64,000 nt of DNA, from contig CALWEL010000006.1 of the NCBI GenBank assembly GCA_944377305.1, forward strand, positions 2,642 to 66,641. The letters run 5' to 3'. The position numbers were made by a program, and so were the translations under genes. Under the pieces are notes generated by a model. That model saw nothing but the letters and a program-made list of their open reading frames with translations. It ran no database searches and was not told the origin of the DNA. Source of the stretch: an uncultured Clostridia bacterium. GTDB taxonomy: Bacteria; Bacillota; Clostridia; Christensenellales; UBA1242. Of this stretch, positions 18,337-29,302 are shown one piece after another (the first letter of the stretch is position 1; each line of letters starts with the position of its first letter).

Positions 18337-20253
18337 TCATTTATGTTTGATATTATCTAATATTTTTAATATTTTTTTCGCAATTGTATTGGAAGTAAAA
18401 CCATATTTTTTCTTTAAATTAGCTTCATCTCCAGTCGATCCAAATTCCTTGATTGCAAATATTCTATCTTCATTTGTATATTTCAAATATTTCACTGCCG
18501 TACTACTCTCTATTACAAATATAGGTTTAGAGAGTATAGAATTTTTATATCTAGTCGTTTGCTCTTCAAATATTTCAATACTCAACATACTGACAACGTT
18601 AAGATTGTATTTACCCTCCAATTTATCCATCACTTCAATCGCGAGGGGTATTTCACTTCCTGACGAAAGAATGTATCCATCGGTTGAGTTATCAATAAAT
18701 AATCTATACCCACCTTTGATGACTTCATAATTTGACGGACAATATTCTATATCTCCACGAGATAGACACAGGCACACTGGTTGATTACGAGTAAAAAGCC
18801 AATTATATGACTGATAAATCTCCGCGCTATTAAAAGGTCTGCATACTAATAAATTTGGGGTCAACCTAAGCTGATCAAGTTGCTCCACTGGTAGATGAGT
18901 GATCCCATCTGGAGTATCATAGATTGACGAATGAGAAAAAGTGAACATAATTGGTAAATGCATTATTGATGCCATACGAATTGCCGGCAAAAGATAATTC
19001 GAAAACGTCAAAAACGTAGAACAAATGACATTGAATCCTTTATGCAAAGCGATTCCATTCGCTATCGCTCCCATTGCGTGTTCTCTAATACCTACAGCAA
19101 TATTTTTACCTAGGCGATTAGTAGCAGAATATTCTGAATCTTGTTCAATCTTAACTTTTGTACTGCTTGATAGATCAGCAGATAATACGAGAATGTTTTC
19201 CACCTCTTTGGCTATCTCATTTAACACTTTGTTGTTCATCTGCCTAGTCGAACTATTTTCAATAAATTCTTTTTCTTTATAACTAAAATCATTATTTATA
19301 AAATTGATATATTTTTTATGCAATTCTTTATTTTTATCTAAAAAATTTGAATATCTATCCGATTTTTTTTGATATTTTTTAGAAATCTCTTGTTTGATTT
19401 TATTTAATCGTTGCTTGGTATCTTCTGACAAATCTAAAATTGGACTAGTTACATTTAGTTTATTTCTAAGCTCGGCAATCTCTTCTATACTAAATACTTT
19501 TCCGTGACTTAGATTGCTACCAGCCAGTCTTGTGTCTTTGCCAATAATTGTATGAAATATTATTACAGTAGGTCTGTCCTTTTCCTGCTTTGCTTGCGTG
19601 ATTAAATTATTGATTTCATCAATATTGTGTCCATCGCACTCCAAGACATTAAAATTCATAGATTTAAACTTCATTACCATATCATCAGTGTTTGACTTCT
19701 CTAATTTGCCATCAAGTGTAACATCGTTTTTGTCATACAATAATATAAATTTATTCAATTTATATAATCCTGCAACTGAAAGAACTTCTAGCCCTACGCC
19801 CTCTTCTAGACAACCATCGCCCACCATACAATAAGTATAGTGTGTTAGATTAAATCTAGCATCTAATATACTTTCAGCAATTGCCATTCCAACTGCGTTT
19901 CCCACACCTTGACCCAATGGACCAGTCGAGGCATCTATGCCTGGTATTTCTATCTCTGGATGACCAGTGAGTAGTCCATTGAATTGTCTAAATTTTTTTA
20001 ATTCTGTAATATTAAAATAATTTAAACCAGCCAAAATAGCATACAAACCCGCACACGCGTGCCCATTGCTAAGCACAAATCTATCTCGATCAATTGCGTT
20101 TCCTTTTTCATCTGATAGCAAATGTTTCGTATATAAGGTATACAAAATGTCGCCGGCAGATAAAACAGAACCAGAATGACCACTGCCAGCATTGTTAATT
20201 TCCTCTAAAGCCAAAATTTTCAATTCATTTGATATTTTTTGATCAATATTCAT
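18337..20253 (-). CDS. tkt: Transketolase
   Basis: 638 aa. GSGHSGSVLS, GDGCLEEG and GPLGQG motifs. Confidence 0.92.
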   Translation of the reverse strand: MNIDQKISNELKILALEEINNAGSGHSGSVLSAGDILYTLYTKHLLSDEKGNAIDRDRFVLSNGHACAGLYAILAGLNYFNITELKKFRQFNGLLTGHPEIEIPGIDASTGPLGQGVGNAVGMAIAESILDARFNLTHYTYCMVGDGCLEEGVGLEVLSVAGLYKLNKFILLYDKNDVTLDGKLEKSNTDDMVMKFKSMNFNVLECDGHNIDEINNLITQAKQEKDRPTVIIFHTIIGKDTRLAGSNLSHGKVFSIEEIAELRNKLNVTSPILDLSEDTKQRLNKIKQEISKKYQKKSDRYSNFLDKNKELHKKYINFINNDFSYKEKEFIENSSTRQMNNKVLNEIAKEVENILVLSADLSSSTKVKIEQDSEYSATNRLGKNIAVGIREHAMGAIANGIALHKGFNVICSTFLTFSNYLLPAIRMASIMHLPIMFTFSHSSIYDTPDGITHLPVEQLDQLRLTPNLLVCRPFNSAEIYQSYNWLFTRNQPVCLCLSRGDIEYCPSNYEVIKGGYRLFIDNSTDGYILSSGSEIPLAIEVMDKLEGKYNLNVVSMLSIEIFEEQTTRYKNSILSKPIFVIESSTAVKYLKYTNEDRIFAIKEFGSTGDEANLKKKYGFTSNTIAKKILKILDNIKHK

Positions 20254-20255
20254 AT

Positions 20256-20672
20256 TTATCTCCTAACTATCATTAATATATCATTTGCCTTGATTTCATT
20301 TTTATTAAACGCAAATTTTGTATATTTTTTGATCAAATTTTGTATTTTCATACGTGTTTTATCTAAATTTTCATCCATAATTATTATTGAAGTGGAGAAT
20401 TCAAATTTTTTATAATGCTCGTTTGATAAAAACATATCATCTGAAATACTGATTATAGTTTTATCTTTGGTTAGCAATTCGTCTATCAAATGACTTTCTT
20501 TTTGTACCAATATTTCATCTAATAAAAACATTGGATAATTGTTGTTAGCAAGCAATATTTTGTCAAATTCTTCATTTGCATCTATATAATTGTATCCTAG
20601 TTTATCTGCAATATTTTTTGCAAAAGATTTGACAAAATCGTTATCAATGCCTACTATGGTTAAATTTTTCAT
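20256..20672 (-). CDS. Shikimate-kinase-like protein with a degenerate P-loop
   Basis: NLTIVGIDNDFVKSFAKNIADKLGYNYIDANEEFDK aligns with AroK [20 protein letters not shown]..L...F.D.D..IE, but GxxGxGKS/T is replaced by GIDNDFVKS. The start was chosen at MKNL because GGAGGA precedes it. Confidence 0.45.
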   Translation of the reverse strand: MKNLTIVGIDNDFVKSFAKNIADKLGYNYIDANEEFDKILLANNNYPMFLLDEILVQKESHLIDELLTKDKTIISISDDMFLSNEHYKKFEFSTSIIIMDENLDKTRMKIQNLIKKYTKFAFNKNEIKANDILMIVRR

Positions 20673-20743
20673 ATCATCCTCCATAGTTATATCAATTTTA
20701 ACAAAAAAGTATGCAATAAACAAGTAATTTTTTACATTTTAAT

Positions 20744-21763
20744 CTATCTCTGTTTTTCCTTTTTTAACAATAGTATGCATACGCAAACTAACATTATTAA
20801 ATCAAATACTAAAATAAAAAATCTATAGTCAATAATAAATCCTGTAATGTTATACTCTCCTGTCAATAAATCAAAATTATTTTCCTCCCTTACAGAGAAA
20901 AGGATATTTCCTGCAATGTCTGTTCTCATTGTAGTCGCATCCACCTCTGTAATATTGTTGAGCACAATGTCTGTAGGATGCCCATAACTATTGGTTCCAC
21001 ACGAAATCACAGCATATTTGGGAGAAACTGCCTGCAAAAATTCTAAACTTGATGAGTATTTGCTACCGTGATGTGCAATTTTAATAATATCTGAATCTAT
21101 TTCATTATAATACTCTAATAACAAAAGATCTTCAATCTCCGTTGATATATCTCCTGCAAATAAAAAACTTACATTTAAATATTCTAATCTGATTATTGGG
21201 CAAGTATCATTTGCGTCAGACGCCTCAAATGGACCAAATATTTGTACTCCATATTCATTGGATACCAAATCATCAGATAAATCAGTTATTAGATTGTAAT
21301 CGCCATTTTTTATGAAATTTATAAGTTCTAAATAGGTTGAAGATGTGGATTCTAGAAATGGAACATAAATATTTTTTACTTGAAATTCGTTCAGCAAGCG
21401 CAGAGCTCCTCCTATATGATCTGCATCTGCGTGAGTCAATATTAAATAGTCTATTATTCTATCTCTACGATTGTTCAATACTTTATCTTTTATATAATTT
21501 GTAAATGTAACTGCCGTACTTTTTGGTCCAGTATCTATCACTAAAATTTCATCATTTGGCAAATTCACCGCTATAGCATCTCCTTGTCCAACCGATATGA
21601 AATGAACCATCATTCTATTATTACATTCAATGATAGAAAAATAATCAATCAAAAAATTTTTTAGGTTATTACTAATTTTGTCAGCAAAAAGATAAGTTAA
21701 TGATGCAACGAGCATTAAAATTAAAAATATTATTATCTTATTTTTCTTTTGTATCTCTTTCAT
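20744..21763 (-). CDS. Membrane-anchored metallo-beta-lactamase-fold protein (ComEC/Rec2 C-terminal-domain-like)
   Basis: N-terminal TM segment, then VGQGDA, LTHADADHIGG and AHHGS motifs typical of the ComEC MBL domain. No competence channel domain is present. Confidence 0.7.
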   Translation of the reverse strand: MKEIQKKNKIIIFLILMLVASLTYLFADKISNNLKNFLIDYFSIIECNNRMMVHFISVGQGDAIAVNLPNDEILVIDTGPKSTAVTFTNYIKDKVLNNRRDRIIDYLILTHADADHIGGALRLLNEFQVKNIYVPFLESTSSTYLELINFIKNGDYNLITDLSDDLVSNEYGVQIFGPFEASDANDTCPIIRLEYLNVSFLFAGDISTEIEDLLLLEYYNEIDSDIIKIAHHGSKYSSSLEFLQAVSPKYAVISCGTNSYGHPTDIVLNNITEVDATTMRTDIAGNILFSVREENNFDLLTGEYNITGFIIDYRFFILVFDLIMLVCVCILLLKKEKQR

Positions 21764-21766
21764 TAA

Positions 21767-22597
21767 TTATTTTTTCTTATATTGCCCCAAAAACAATCTT
21801 TTTATCTCAGGTATCATTTCAACAGTTGCTCGATATCCAGCTTCTATCATCTCATCCTTACCTTGAACTTTTAGTGATGCGAATTTTTTCATATCTGGAC
21901 ATACAACTATATCACTACATTCTATTCCTCGCTTGGAATTATTCACAGACATTATTCCTATACTTGTAGTGAATTGTGTAAAGAAACTTTCGCTTGTAGT
22001 TCCTCCACCACGCGTACAATTGCAATCGATCGTTATCACAAAATCACATCCATTCATTTTCAACACATCCGCAGGTATATTATTGCGTACTCCACCATCA
22101 ATCAAGGTCATATTTCGATATTTGACTGGATAAAAAACGCCTGGAATAGCGCAACTTCCAGAAACTATGCTAGCTATATCTCCCTTATTAAAATGAATTT
22201 CATTTCCAGTTTTTAAATCTACTGCCACCGCATAAAATGGAATTGGCAACTCCTCAATATTTTTTACGGGCAATATGCTCTTGATTAAAGTTTGTAAATT
22301 ATCCATTTTAGATGGCAAAAATCCTAGTTTTGACTTTCTAAAATCGCTATTCTTTACATTCTTTGATAATTTGTACATTTGTTCATATTTCATTTTTGTA
22401 GCATATAAAGCTCCAAACAAACTTCCAGCACTAGTCCCTGCTACAGCATTGAATTCTATTCCATTTTCTTCAAATGCTTTAAATGCTCCGAGATGAGCAA
22501 AACCTCTAGTCCCCCCTCCGCTAAGACATAATCCAACTTTATATTTTTTCTTAAACCTATTTAATTTCCGTTTTTCAAGATAATCTCTCAATTTCAT
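21767..22597 (-). CDS. Patatin-like phospholipase
   Basis: GLCLSGGGTRG oxyanion motif, GTSAGS nucleophile elbow and a DGG motif. Confidence 0.85.
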   Translation of the reverse strand: MKLRDYLEKRKLNRFKKKYKVGLCLSGGGTRGFAHLGAFKAFEENGIEFNAVAGTSAGSLFGALYATKMKYEQMYKLSKNVKNSDFRKSKLGFLPSKMDNLQTLIKSILPVKNIEELPIPFYAVAVDLKTGNEIHFNKGDIASIVSGSCAIPGVFYPVKYRNMTLIDGGVRNNIPADVLKMNGCDFVITIDCNCTRGGGTTSESFFTQFTTSIGIMSVNNSKRGIECSDIVVCPDMKKFASLKVQGKDEMIEAGYRATVEMIPEIKRLFLGQYKKK

Positions 22598-22773
22598 AAG
22601 AATATTATAAACTAATAATGGAAATTTAGGTACTAATTTGACATATTTTTTTACTGAATATTACATTTTATTAATTAAGTAGATTGACACTAATTAAAAA
22701 AATCTTTCTTATAATATTAATTTCTGATATAATAAATTTAATTTTGTGATATACTAATTTTTGAAATGAATCG

Positions 22774-22802
22774 AAAAAAATCCTGAAATTCAGGATTTTT
22801 TA
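22774..22802 (-). terminator. Intrinsic (bidirectional-looking) terminator
   Basis: AATCCTG..CAGGATT hairpin flanked by an A-run and a T-run, immediately after the stop of the 22803-24002 gene. Confidence 0.7.
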
Positions 22803-24002
22803 TTATTTATTCTGCTCTCCGTCCGATCCAGAACCTTTCTTCTCACGAATTTTTGCAAGAATCTGTTTTGTACTTTCAATATCAGCCTCTAAGTTTGCAA
22901 TTTGATTTTCAAGAATATTATTCGTATGCTCAAGTATCGGATATCTATCTTTATTGGCATTAATTACTTCTTCGCAATGACTAACGCTTAATCTAAGTCC
23001 TTCAACCAATTCGGATTCATTTAATACATTTTCAGCTTTCTCTTTGTCCAAATCAACATAATTGTTTACTCCATAAAGAGAGATTTTTTTGTTTGCAAGT
23101 TGAGCATCTTTCTTTCTTAATTTTCTGATATATTTTTCGTATTGTTTCATCACTCTTTGAAGAGGACGGAATTCCTTCATATTTATTTTATAGTCTTTCT
23201 TTGCGGCTTTTAATCTTTCTTCAAGTGTCGCAAGACGCTCCAGACATTCATCTTCTGTCATATTGATAGATACTTCTTCTTTAACTGTTCTGGCATCTTC
23301 AAGTTTTTGATTCATTTCTGCAAGTTGTGCTTTCAAAGTTTCAATTTCTTGATTGGCTTTTTCCAACTCTTCACTATTATCTTCGAGATCTTCAGGTTCT
23401 TCCAACTCTTCAGGTTCTTCCTCTACCACTTCTTCTGGTTCCTCTTCCTCTTGGATATTATTTAAAATATCATCAATATTATATCTAGAAAGTATTGAGG
23501 TTTGGTTATTATTCTCTTCGTTAATCCTGTCTTTCTCCTCATCAACAACATCTCCAGATATCTCATCAAGCAAACTATTCAAATCTTCATCGGCATCTTC
23601 TTCTACTGGAGCAGTAACAACTGGAGCTGGAGCTGGAGCTGGCTTAGGCTGTTCTTGATTTTTCAATCTCTCTTCAATCTCTTTGATGTCATCGTCAGAA
23701 TCATTATTTTCCAACAATTTAAATAATTCGTCATCTTTATTATTGTTCTGAAGTTCTTCTTTTTCTTTTTGCGCCTTAGCCATATTGATTGTAGAAAAAT
23801 CGTATTCATTCGTCCTTGAATCTGAATTTTCTAATTGTTTATATTGACTATAATCCAAAGCTTCAGTTTTAGTATTAGTAGCTTGCCTATCCTTATCGAA
23901 TACACCGATTATCATATGACCTAAAAATGCAATGATACCTCCAGCAATTACAACAATAGCTACAATAGCTATAATGCTAACAAAAGCCATCCATGCGTCC
24001 AT
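22803..24002 (-). CDS. Hypothetical membrane-anchored acidic coiled-coil protein
   Basis: N-terminal TM segment, PAPAPAP linker, highly acidic region and long heptad-like C-terminal half. Confidence 0.6.
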   Translation of the reverse strand: MDAWMAFVSIIAIVAIVVIAGGIIAFLGHMIIGVFDKDRQATNTKTEALDYSQYKQLENSDSRTNEYDFSTINMAKAQKEKEELQNNNKDDELFKLLENNDSDDDIKEIEERLKNQEQPKPAPAPAPVVTAPVEEDADEDLNSLLDEISGDVVDEEKDRINEENNNQTSILSRYNIDDILNNIQEEEEPEEVVEEEPEELEEPEDLEDNSEELEKANQEIETLKAQLAEMNQKLEDARTVKEEVSINMTEDECLERLATLEERLKAAKKDYKINMKEFRPLQRVMKQYEKYIRKLRKKDAQLANKKISLYGVNNYVDLDKEKAENVLNESELVEGLRLSVSHCEEVINANKDRYPILEHTNNILENQIANLEADIESTKQILAKIREKKGSGSDGEQNK

Positions 24003-24137
24003 AATATTTCTCCTTTAACTATTTGAGTTTTTACTATTATACAGCAATAACGATAAATTTTCAATACCTTTTTTAAAAATTTTTCAAAAAAAATGAAAAA
24101 TAAGCAAAAATTTGCAACTTTTTAAGCATTTTTTGCT

Positions 24138-25445
24138 TTAATTGAAAATTCTAAGACCTTTAGGATATAAATTTTTAAATTTACCATCACTAATTTTATA
24201 GCCACCTAACGCACATCCCGAAATTAATACAGCACCATAACCATTTTGCTCCTGAATTTCCAAGGTTTCACCACGTAAATATTTTTTGACTTTTTGATCG
24301 GTATAATCTAGATTTATTTGATTTTTAAATTTTAATCCAAGCGATGAAAAAAGATTATGATTTAATTCATAATATTTTTTTCTATCCTGCCCAGCTCTAA
24401 CGCCTATTGTCAGATAATTTATTCCTTTTTTAATTAAGTTCTCATTTTTAACAATATATGAAAAATCTTTATAATCATATACTTTTGGTTGAAAATTTAT
24501 ATAATTGCTTAAAAATTTTTCAAATTTCTCATTTTCTTTTAAATATAGATGACCATTTGATAAAAATTCATTTTTTTCTAATTTTTTCATTACTGCTACA
24601 AATTGACCTTCACCTCTCACTTCGTGAGGATATAATCGCACAGCCTCCGGCATATCTACACCTCTTGAAAACGGATATTCTATATTTACCAATTCATAGT
24701 TGTGCTTAGCTAAAAATGATCGTATAACATTTTCGTTTTCTTCAAGCGAATAAGTACAAGTTGAATAAATTAAACATCCATTTTCTTTTAGACATAAATT
24801 CGCCTGTTCTAAAATTTCAAGTTGGCGAACGCTACACATTTTGGGTAAATTTTCATTCCATTCTTTAATCACCTCTTCACCACGTCTGAACATACCCTCG
24901 CCACTACATGGAGCATCAACCAAGCACACATCTATTTCGTTTGCATAAGCGCGTGCAATATTCTTTGGATCATCATTTGTGATTATCACATTATCTAGCC
25001 CCATACGCTCTATATTTGAATATAAAATCTTGGCACGTGCGTTTATAATTTCATTACTGATAATTATCCCTTCGGGTATTCTATTCGCTATTTGAATTGA
25101 TTTCCCTCCTGGACTAGCGCATAGATCCAGAACAATTTCATTTCCTTTAAATTCAAATGCATTGACAGTAAACATTGCACTAGGATCTTGTATATAAAAG
25201 GCTCCAGCACAATGCAGAGGATGTTTCCCTAATTTTAAATTATCAATATAAAATCCAGATTTTTCATACGCAATAGGACTTACTTGGAAATCTACAATAT
25301 CAACAAAATCTTCAGTAGAAATCTTGTGATTATTGACAAAAATACCTTTTTGTTCACTTTCATTAAGGCAAGATAAAAACGAATCATATCCTCTACCTAA
25401 TAAAATTTTCATACGCTCTAAAAAATATTTATTGAAATCTAACAT
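24138..25445 (-). CDS. NOL1/NOP2/Sun-family RNA m5C methyltransferase (RsmF/RsmB-like)
   Basis: DLCASPGGKS SAM motif and DAPCSGEGMFRR and YSTCT catalytic Cys motifs. Confidence 0.8.
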   Translation of the reverse strand: MLDFNKYFLERMKILLGRGYDSFLSCLNESEQKGIFVNNHKISTEDFVDIVDFQVSPIAYEKSGFYIDNLKLGKHPLHCAGAFYIQDPSAMFTVNAFEFKGNEIVLDLCASPGGKSIQIANRIPEGIIISNEIINARAKILYSNIERMGLDNVIITNDDPKNIARAYANEIDVCLVDAPCSGEGMFRRGEEVIKEWNENLPKMCSVRQLEILEQANLCLKENGCLIYSTCTYSLEENENVIRSFLAKHNYELVNIEYPFSRGVDMPEAVRLYPHEVRGEGQFVAVMKKLEKNEFLSNGHLYLKENEKFEKFLSNYINFQPKVYDYKDFSYIVKNENLIKKGINYLTIGVRAGQDRKKYYELNHNLFSSLGLKFKNQINLDYTDQKVKKYLRGETLEIQEQNGYGAVLISGCALGGYKISDGKFKNLYPKGLRIFN

Positions 25446-25540
25446 ATTGAAATTATAGCAAATGTATAAAAATATTTCTACATTTTCTTGATTTTTTTTT
25501 TAATTTTAACTAAACTATAATATATAAGGGGTACAAATAT

Positions 25541-26293
25541 ATGCGCGCATTAGATATCATTAGACAAAAACGTAGATTCGAGATGTTCAGCGAGAAGACA
25601 AAAGATAAGGTGTTGGAGCTTAATTCTTTTTTCGGCAAATATAATATGCATTTCGAAGAAAAAATCAAAAAGACTTTTACATATTATGATACTCCCGACC
25701 ACGATTTGGAAAAATCTAATATAGTTTTATATAAAACGCAGATAGGGAAATTCACCGAACTAAATATGGCCACCGAAAAAATCAACACAAATTTCAAATA
25801 CACGGTGCGCACAAATTACAAACATTTCACAAAAATCATCAAACCTTATGATAAGATATTGAGACATAAAGACTTTTTGGTAAATAATTTCAAAGCAATG
25901 TTTATGTCTTCAATCAATTTTGATCCAGAGTTTTTAATGCAAAAATTACAAGTTGCATACGTGATTGAAACAACTAGTCTAGAATATCGCAGTGCAAATG
26001 TAACAGGATTGAAAATCACATATTCTTTTGATAAAGACTTATATACAAATTTTTACAACAAACAAAAGTCAAATGCAAATATACTTACAATATATCAACA
26101 CAGTGCATCGAATACAGATGAAGATTTTGGCGATTTGATTAGCAAATTGATTAGATATCTAAAAGAATTAACCCCCACAAAAGAGACAAAAATAATGATA
26201 GCAAGGCGAATGACTGCAACAAAAATAATACCGACAAATAAAGACAATAAAACTGACAAAAAGAATTCAAAGGACCAAAAGAAAAAGAAGTAA
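25541..26293 (+). CDS. Hypothetical protein (possibly CYTH-like) with a Lys-rich tail
   Basis: SD AAGGGG. TFTYYDTPDHDL..IVLY is weakly reminiscent of the CYTH N-terminal strands. The C-terminus is DKKNSKDQKKKK. Confidence 0.4.
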   Translation: MRALDIIRQKRRFEMFSEKTKDKVLELNSFFGKYNMHFEEKIKKTFTYYDTPDHDLEKSNIVLYKTQIGKFTELNMATEKINTNFKYTVRTNYKHFTKIIKPYDKILRHKDFLVNNFKAMFMSSINFDPEFLMQKLQVAYVIETTSLEYRSANVTGLKITYSFDKDLYTNFYNKQKSNANILTIYQHSASNTDEDFGDLISKLIRYLKELTPTKETKIMIARRMTATKIIPTNKDNKTDKKNSKDQKKKK

Positions 26294-26443
26294 AATTATT
26301 TACTTCTTTTTTCATCTATTACTAATATTTTTTCAAATTAAATAATCAATTTTTTATATCATTGGTATAAATTTGGATTTTAAATAAATTGATTGTATCA
26401 ATATTTTATTTCAAATAATGCGAAGATTACTATCGTACAAAGA

Positions 26444-27883
26444 TTAAGCGGTCTCTTCTGTCTCTTCCTGATTTGCATCCTCTTCTTCCGGTTCAGGGAT
26501 ATCGTCTTCTAGATAAACACCGAGCATCTCCTCTGTCTCGCCATAATTGTTGTTGACAATCAATCTATGAAGGTAATTGTTGCTACCTACAGTTTTGTAA
26601 AAATACACATATTCATTATCTAGATCAAAATAGTACTCCTCGCTTAAATCGGTAATGGTTGCTAATGTCTTAATTTCTGATTCACTTCCAGCAATTAAGT
26701 TGGCATAACTTACCATTTTAATAGCATTATTGTTGTCATAATAAAAGATATTTCCATTAGCAAAACCTATTATGTTAAGATCCGTCACTTCTTCATCTTC
26801 ATCTACTACCGTTCTAATAGCGGGACTAGTATCACCATTAATGAAAAACTCAATAGTATTATCAGTCACTGCAACTATACAATTACCTTCTGGAGTCATA
26901 TTCAAACTTGAATATAGACTCGTATCAATAGGACCACTTCGCTCAAAACCTGATTCGTCAATGAAATTCGAACGCATCATAATATTTCTACTATTCGCAT
27001 TATCTGTAATGTATACATAATTATTTGTGACAAAAGTCGCAGTTATCGATGTGGAAGATGTCATATAAGATGATGAAGCATTCGATACTATATTATATTG
27101 TTTCAAACTATAACTATTGTCATCACTGTCTTGCTCAACATAAAATATTTTCTCATAACTGTTTGAAATATATTCATTGCTAAGACTAGGCATCACGACA
27201 CTGCCAACATCTGTTGCTACAGTCGTCACATCTTTTGAATTGGCATCGATTCTAAGCAGACGATTGCTAATATCCGAGTGATCCAAATTCGTCTCTTTTT
27301 CGTAAACTAACAAGTACACATTCAAATTGTTGTAATAATATTCATACTCCAAATTCGAATGCTCAACCTCCGTTTGATACAATCTCTCCACATCTCCAGA
27401 CTTATTCAATCTAATACGATAAAAGTCTACACGATTTTTTGCCCAAACTTCATCCCCTGACTCATTTTCTTGACACGGACTAGTGAAATACAAATAATCT
27501 CCGAAAATATATAAGCCTGTCGCTTCAAATCCACACAATTTGTCGCTCATAGTGCGATAATATTCATCGTCTAACAAATCATCTTCATTCAAAATCAAAT
27601 TGCCATTACTATCAAGTTTGGCTATCATTAATGCTCCTAAAGTGTAGCTAGCATTTTGACTCTCCATATCTTCAGAGGACTGATACCCATTCACAAAATA
27701 GATATAATCGCCTTTTTGCACCGCAAGACCACCGTTGCCAAACGTCTCGTCACTAGATGTCGGATAAACATAATTATCATTAGAGCCTTTGCCACAAGCA
27801 GATAAACAAAATGCAAATATACATAAAATTAAACACACAAATATTTTAATAAAATTTTTTAATTTTAAATTCAAACTTTTCAT
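26444..27883 (-). CDS. Lipoprotein with beta-propeller-like repeats (DUF5050-like)
   Basis: Lipobox LSAC-G. Recurrent GDYIYF/GDYLYF/NNYVYI/NEYVYF repeats. Acidic C-terminal tail. The start was chosen at MKSLNL. Confidence 0.6.
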   Translation of the reverse strand: MKSLNLKLKNFIKIFVCLILCIFAFCLSACGKGSNDNYVYPTSSDETFGNGGLAVQKGDYIYFVNGYQSSEDMESQNASYTLGALMIAKLDSNGNLILNEDDLLDDEYYRTMSDKLCGFEATGLYIFGDYLYFTSPCQENESGDEVWAKNRVDFYRIRLNKSGDVERLYQTEVEHSNLEYEYYYNNLNVYLLVYEKETNLDHSDISNRLLRIDANSKDVTTVATDVGSVVMPSLSNEYISNSYEKIFYVEQDSDDNSYSLKQYNIVSNASSSYMTSSTSITATFVTNNYVYITDNANSRNIMMRSNFIDESGFERSGPIDTSLYSSLNMTPEGNCIVAVTDNTIEFFINGDTSPAIRTVVDEDEEVTDLNIIGFANGNIFYYDNNNAIKMVSYANLIAGSESEIKTLATITDLSEEYYFDLDNEYVYFYKTVGSNNYLHRLIVNNNYGETEEMLGVYLEDDIPEPEEEDANQEETEETA

Positions 27884-28165
27884 TTCCATCCTCGTAAACA
27901 TTATTGCCAAATAGTTAGATTAATAATACCATATTGCAGATTTTATGTCAATTCCTTAGCATTCAAAAATCGAAATCTTTATATAATACTGATCGAATTT
28001 TGTCATTAAGTTGATATTAAGGACAAAGTATTAATATATTAATTTTTTTGGTCAAATATTCAAAAAACAAAAAAATACATCTTTTTCACACTTATTTTAT
28101 GAAAATATATATTTTTCAACAAAATTCTTGTCATATATAAAAACTTTCAATGCTATAATATCAAT

Positions 28166-29092
28166 ATGAGAAGTAAAACCATTATAATTTCAAATGTAGA
28201 TCAAAATTCGTCATCTGGCAGAGGGATATTGACTTTGTATCAAGAAAATAGCAATACTTTGAAATGCAAACTAAGACTATATCAAATGGAAAAATTAAAT
28301 AGATTTTGCAAATTAGGAATCTATCATAACGATCAAGTATATTCTGCCAATTTATTAGACAAAGGGGAAAGTTATGAAAGTTCTTTGCTAGGGAACTTTG
28401 ATATGAATTCTGATTTTTACACTGCCATTATAGATACTTCATCGGACAACAAAGTATTATTGGCTGGAGGCACTTATGCTGGATATTACTTCGATGATAC
28501 TTCAGTATTCTCTGACAGAGACAAATATTACAAAGATGAAAAATATATTGGTGAAAAAAATGAAAATGTAAGCGATTGTGAGATTGACAAATGTGCAAAT
28601 TGTGAATACAAAAAATGCTTTTATGACAACTCATTTCAGGAATACAAAAATATTGAAGTCAATAATGATGTTGCGACTGAAATATCTGAGGAAAAAATCA
28701 ATACTTTCAACAATCGAAATAATATGGATAATCTTGAAGAAAAAAAAGAGGAAAATACTGCCCCAAACATACTAGACGCAATAATTCCACAATTCAAATA
28801 TATATTCGAAAATTATCCTGAAGATGAAGATTTGAACAAATTGATTGAAAACAGCAAATTTGTAAAAATAGGCGAAGATGGCGAACAATATTCTATTGGT
28901 GCCATCTATGAAAACGACCAAATAAAATATATATGCTATGCTATTAAATGCAATTACAATTCTCCAGTGCCAGAAGAATTGGGTAAAAATTATCAATGGC
29001 TTCCATTGGATCAAGAAGATCCATTGAGCGAAGGGTATTATATAGTATATCAAGATGCTGTGGATTTGAAAATAGTCGAGATAGAGAGATGA
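28166..29092 (+). CDS. Hypothetical 308-aa protein
   Basis: Long ORF with a central Cys cluster (CEIDKCANCEYKKC). Its TGA stop overlaps the first nucleotides of repeat A1. Confidence 0.55.
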   Translation: MRSKTIIISNVDQNSSSGRGILTLYQENSNTLKCKLRLYQMEKLNRFCKLGIYHNDQVYSANLLDKGESYESSLLGNFDMNSDFYTAIIDTSSDNKVLLAGGTYAGYYFDDTSVFSDRDKYYKDEKYIGEKNENVSDCEIDKCANCEYKKCFYDNSFQEYKNIEVNNDVATEISEEKINTFNNRNNMDNLEEKKEENTAPNILDAIIPQFKYIFENYPEDEDLNKLIENSKFVKIGEDGEQYSIGAIYENDQIKYICYAIKCNYNSPVPEELGKNYQWLPLDQEDPLSEGYYIVYQDAVDLKIVEIER

Positions 29093-29148
29093 TTTGACCT
29101 TTATTATCGTTTTTCGGCAAGCGAAAAACTTCTCTTTCGGTCAATCAT
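29091..29148 (+). repeat. Repeat element A, copy 1 (58 nt)
   Basis: GATTTGACCTTTATTATCGTTTTTCGGCAAGCGAAAAACTTCTCTTTCGGTCAATCAT. It contains the inner hairpin GTTTTTCG/CGAAAAAC nested within TTGACC..GGTCAA. Confidence 0.85.
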
Positions 29149-29163
29149 CTCTCTTTTATGAGG

Positions 29164-29302
29164 GGGCAAACTAACTTTCCCCCTCATTACTCCCCCTTTG
29201 TATTTCATAAGTATTATTAAATGTGATTTGACCTTTATTATCGTTTTTCGGCAAGCGAAAAACTTCTCTTTCAGTCAATCATTCGTCACAACTTGATTCT
29301 TT
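29164..29302 (+). repeat. Composite repeat B+A+extension, copy 1 (139 nt)
   Basis: By manual alignment it matches 29393-29531 at all but 4 positions. It contains TTTCCCCCTCATTACTCCCCCTTTGTATTT followed by element A. Confidence 0.85.

Noticed and set aside
28944-29144. 66-aa minus-strand ORF spanning repeat A1 and the 3' end of 28166-29092. Short G-run 'SD+ATG' strings also occur on the minus strand of element B.
   Set aside because: The ORF overlaps a longer, better-supported gene in antisense. The element-B mini-ORFs terminate after 8-30 codons and differ between the repeat copies. This is inconsistent with coding selection.
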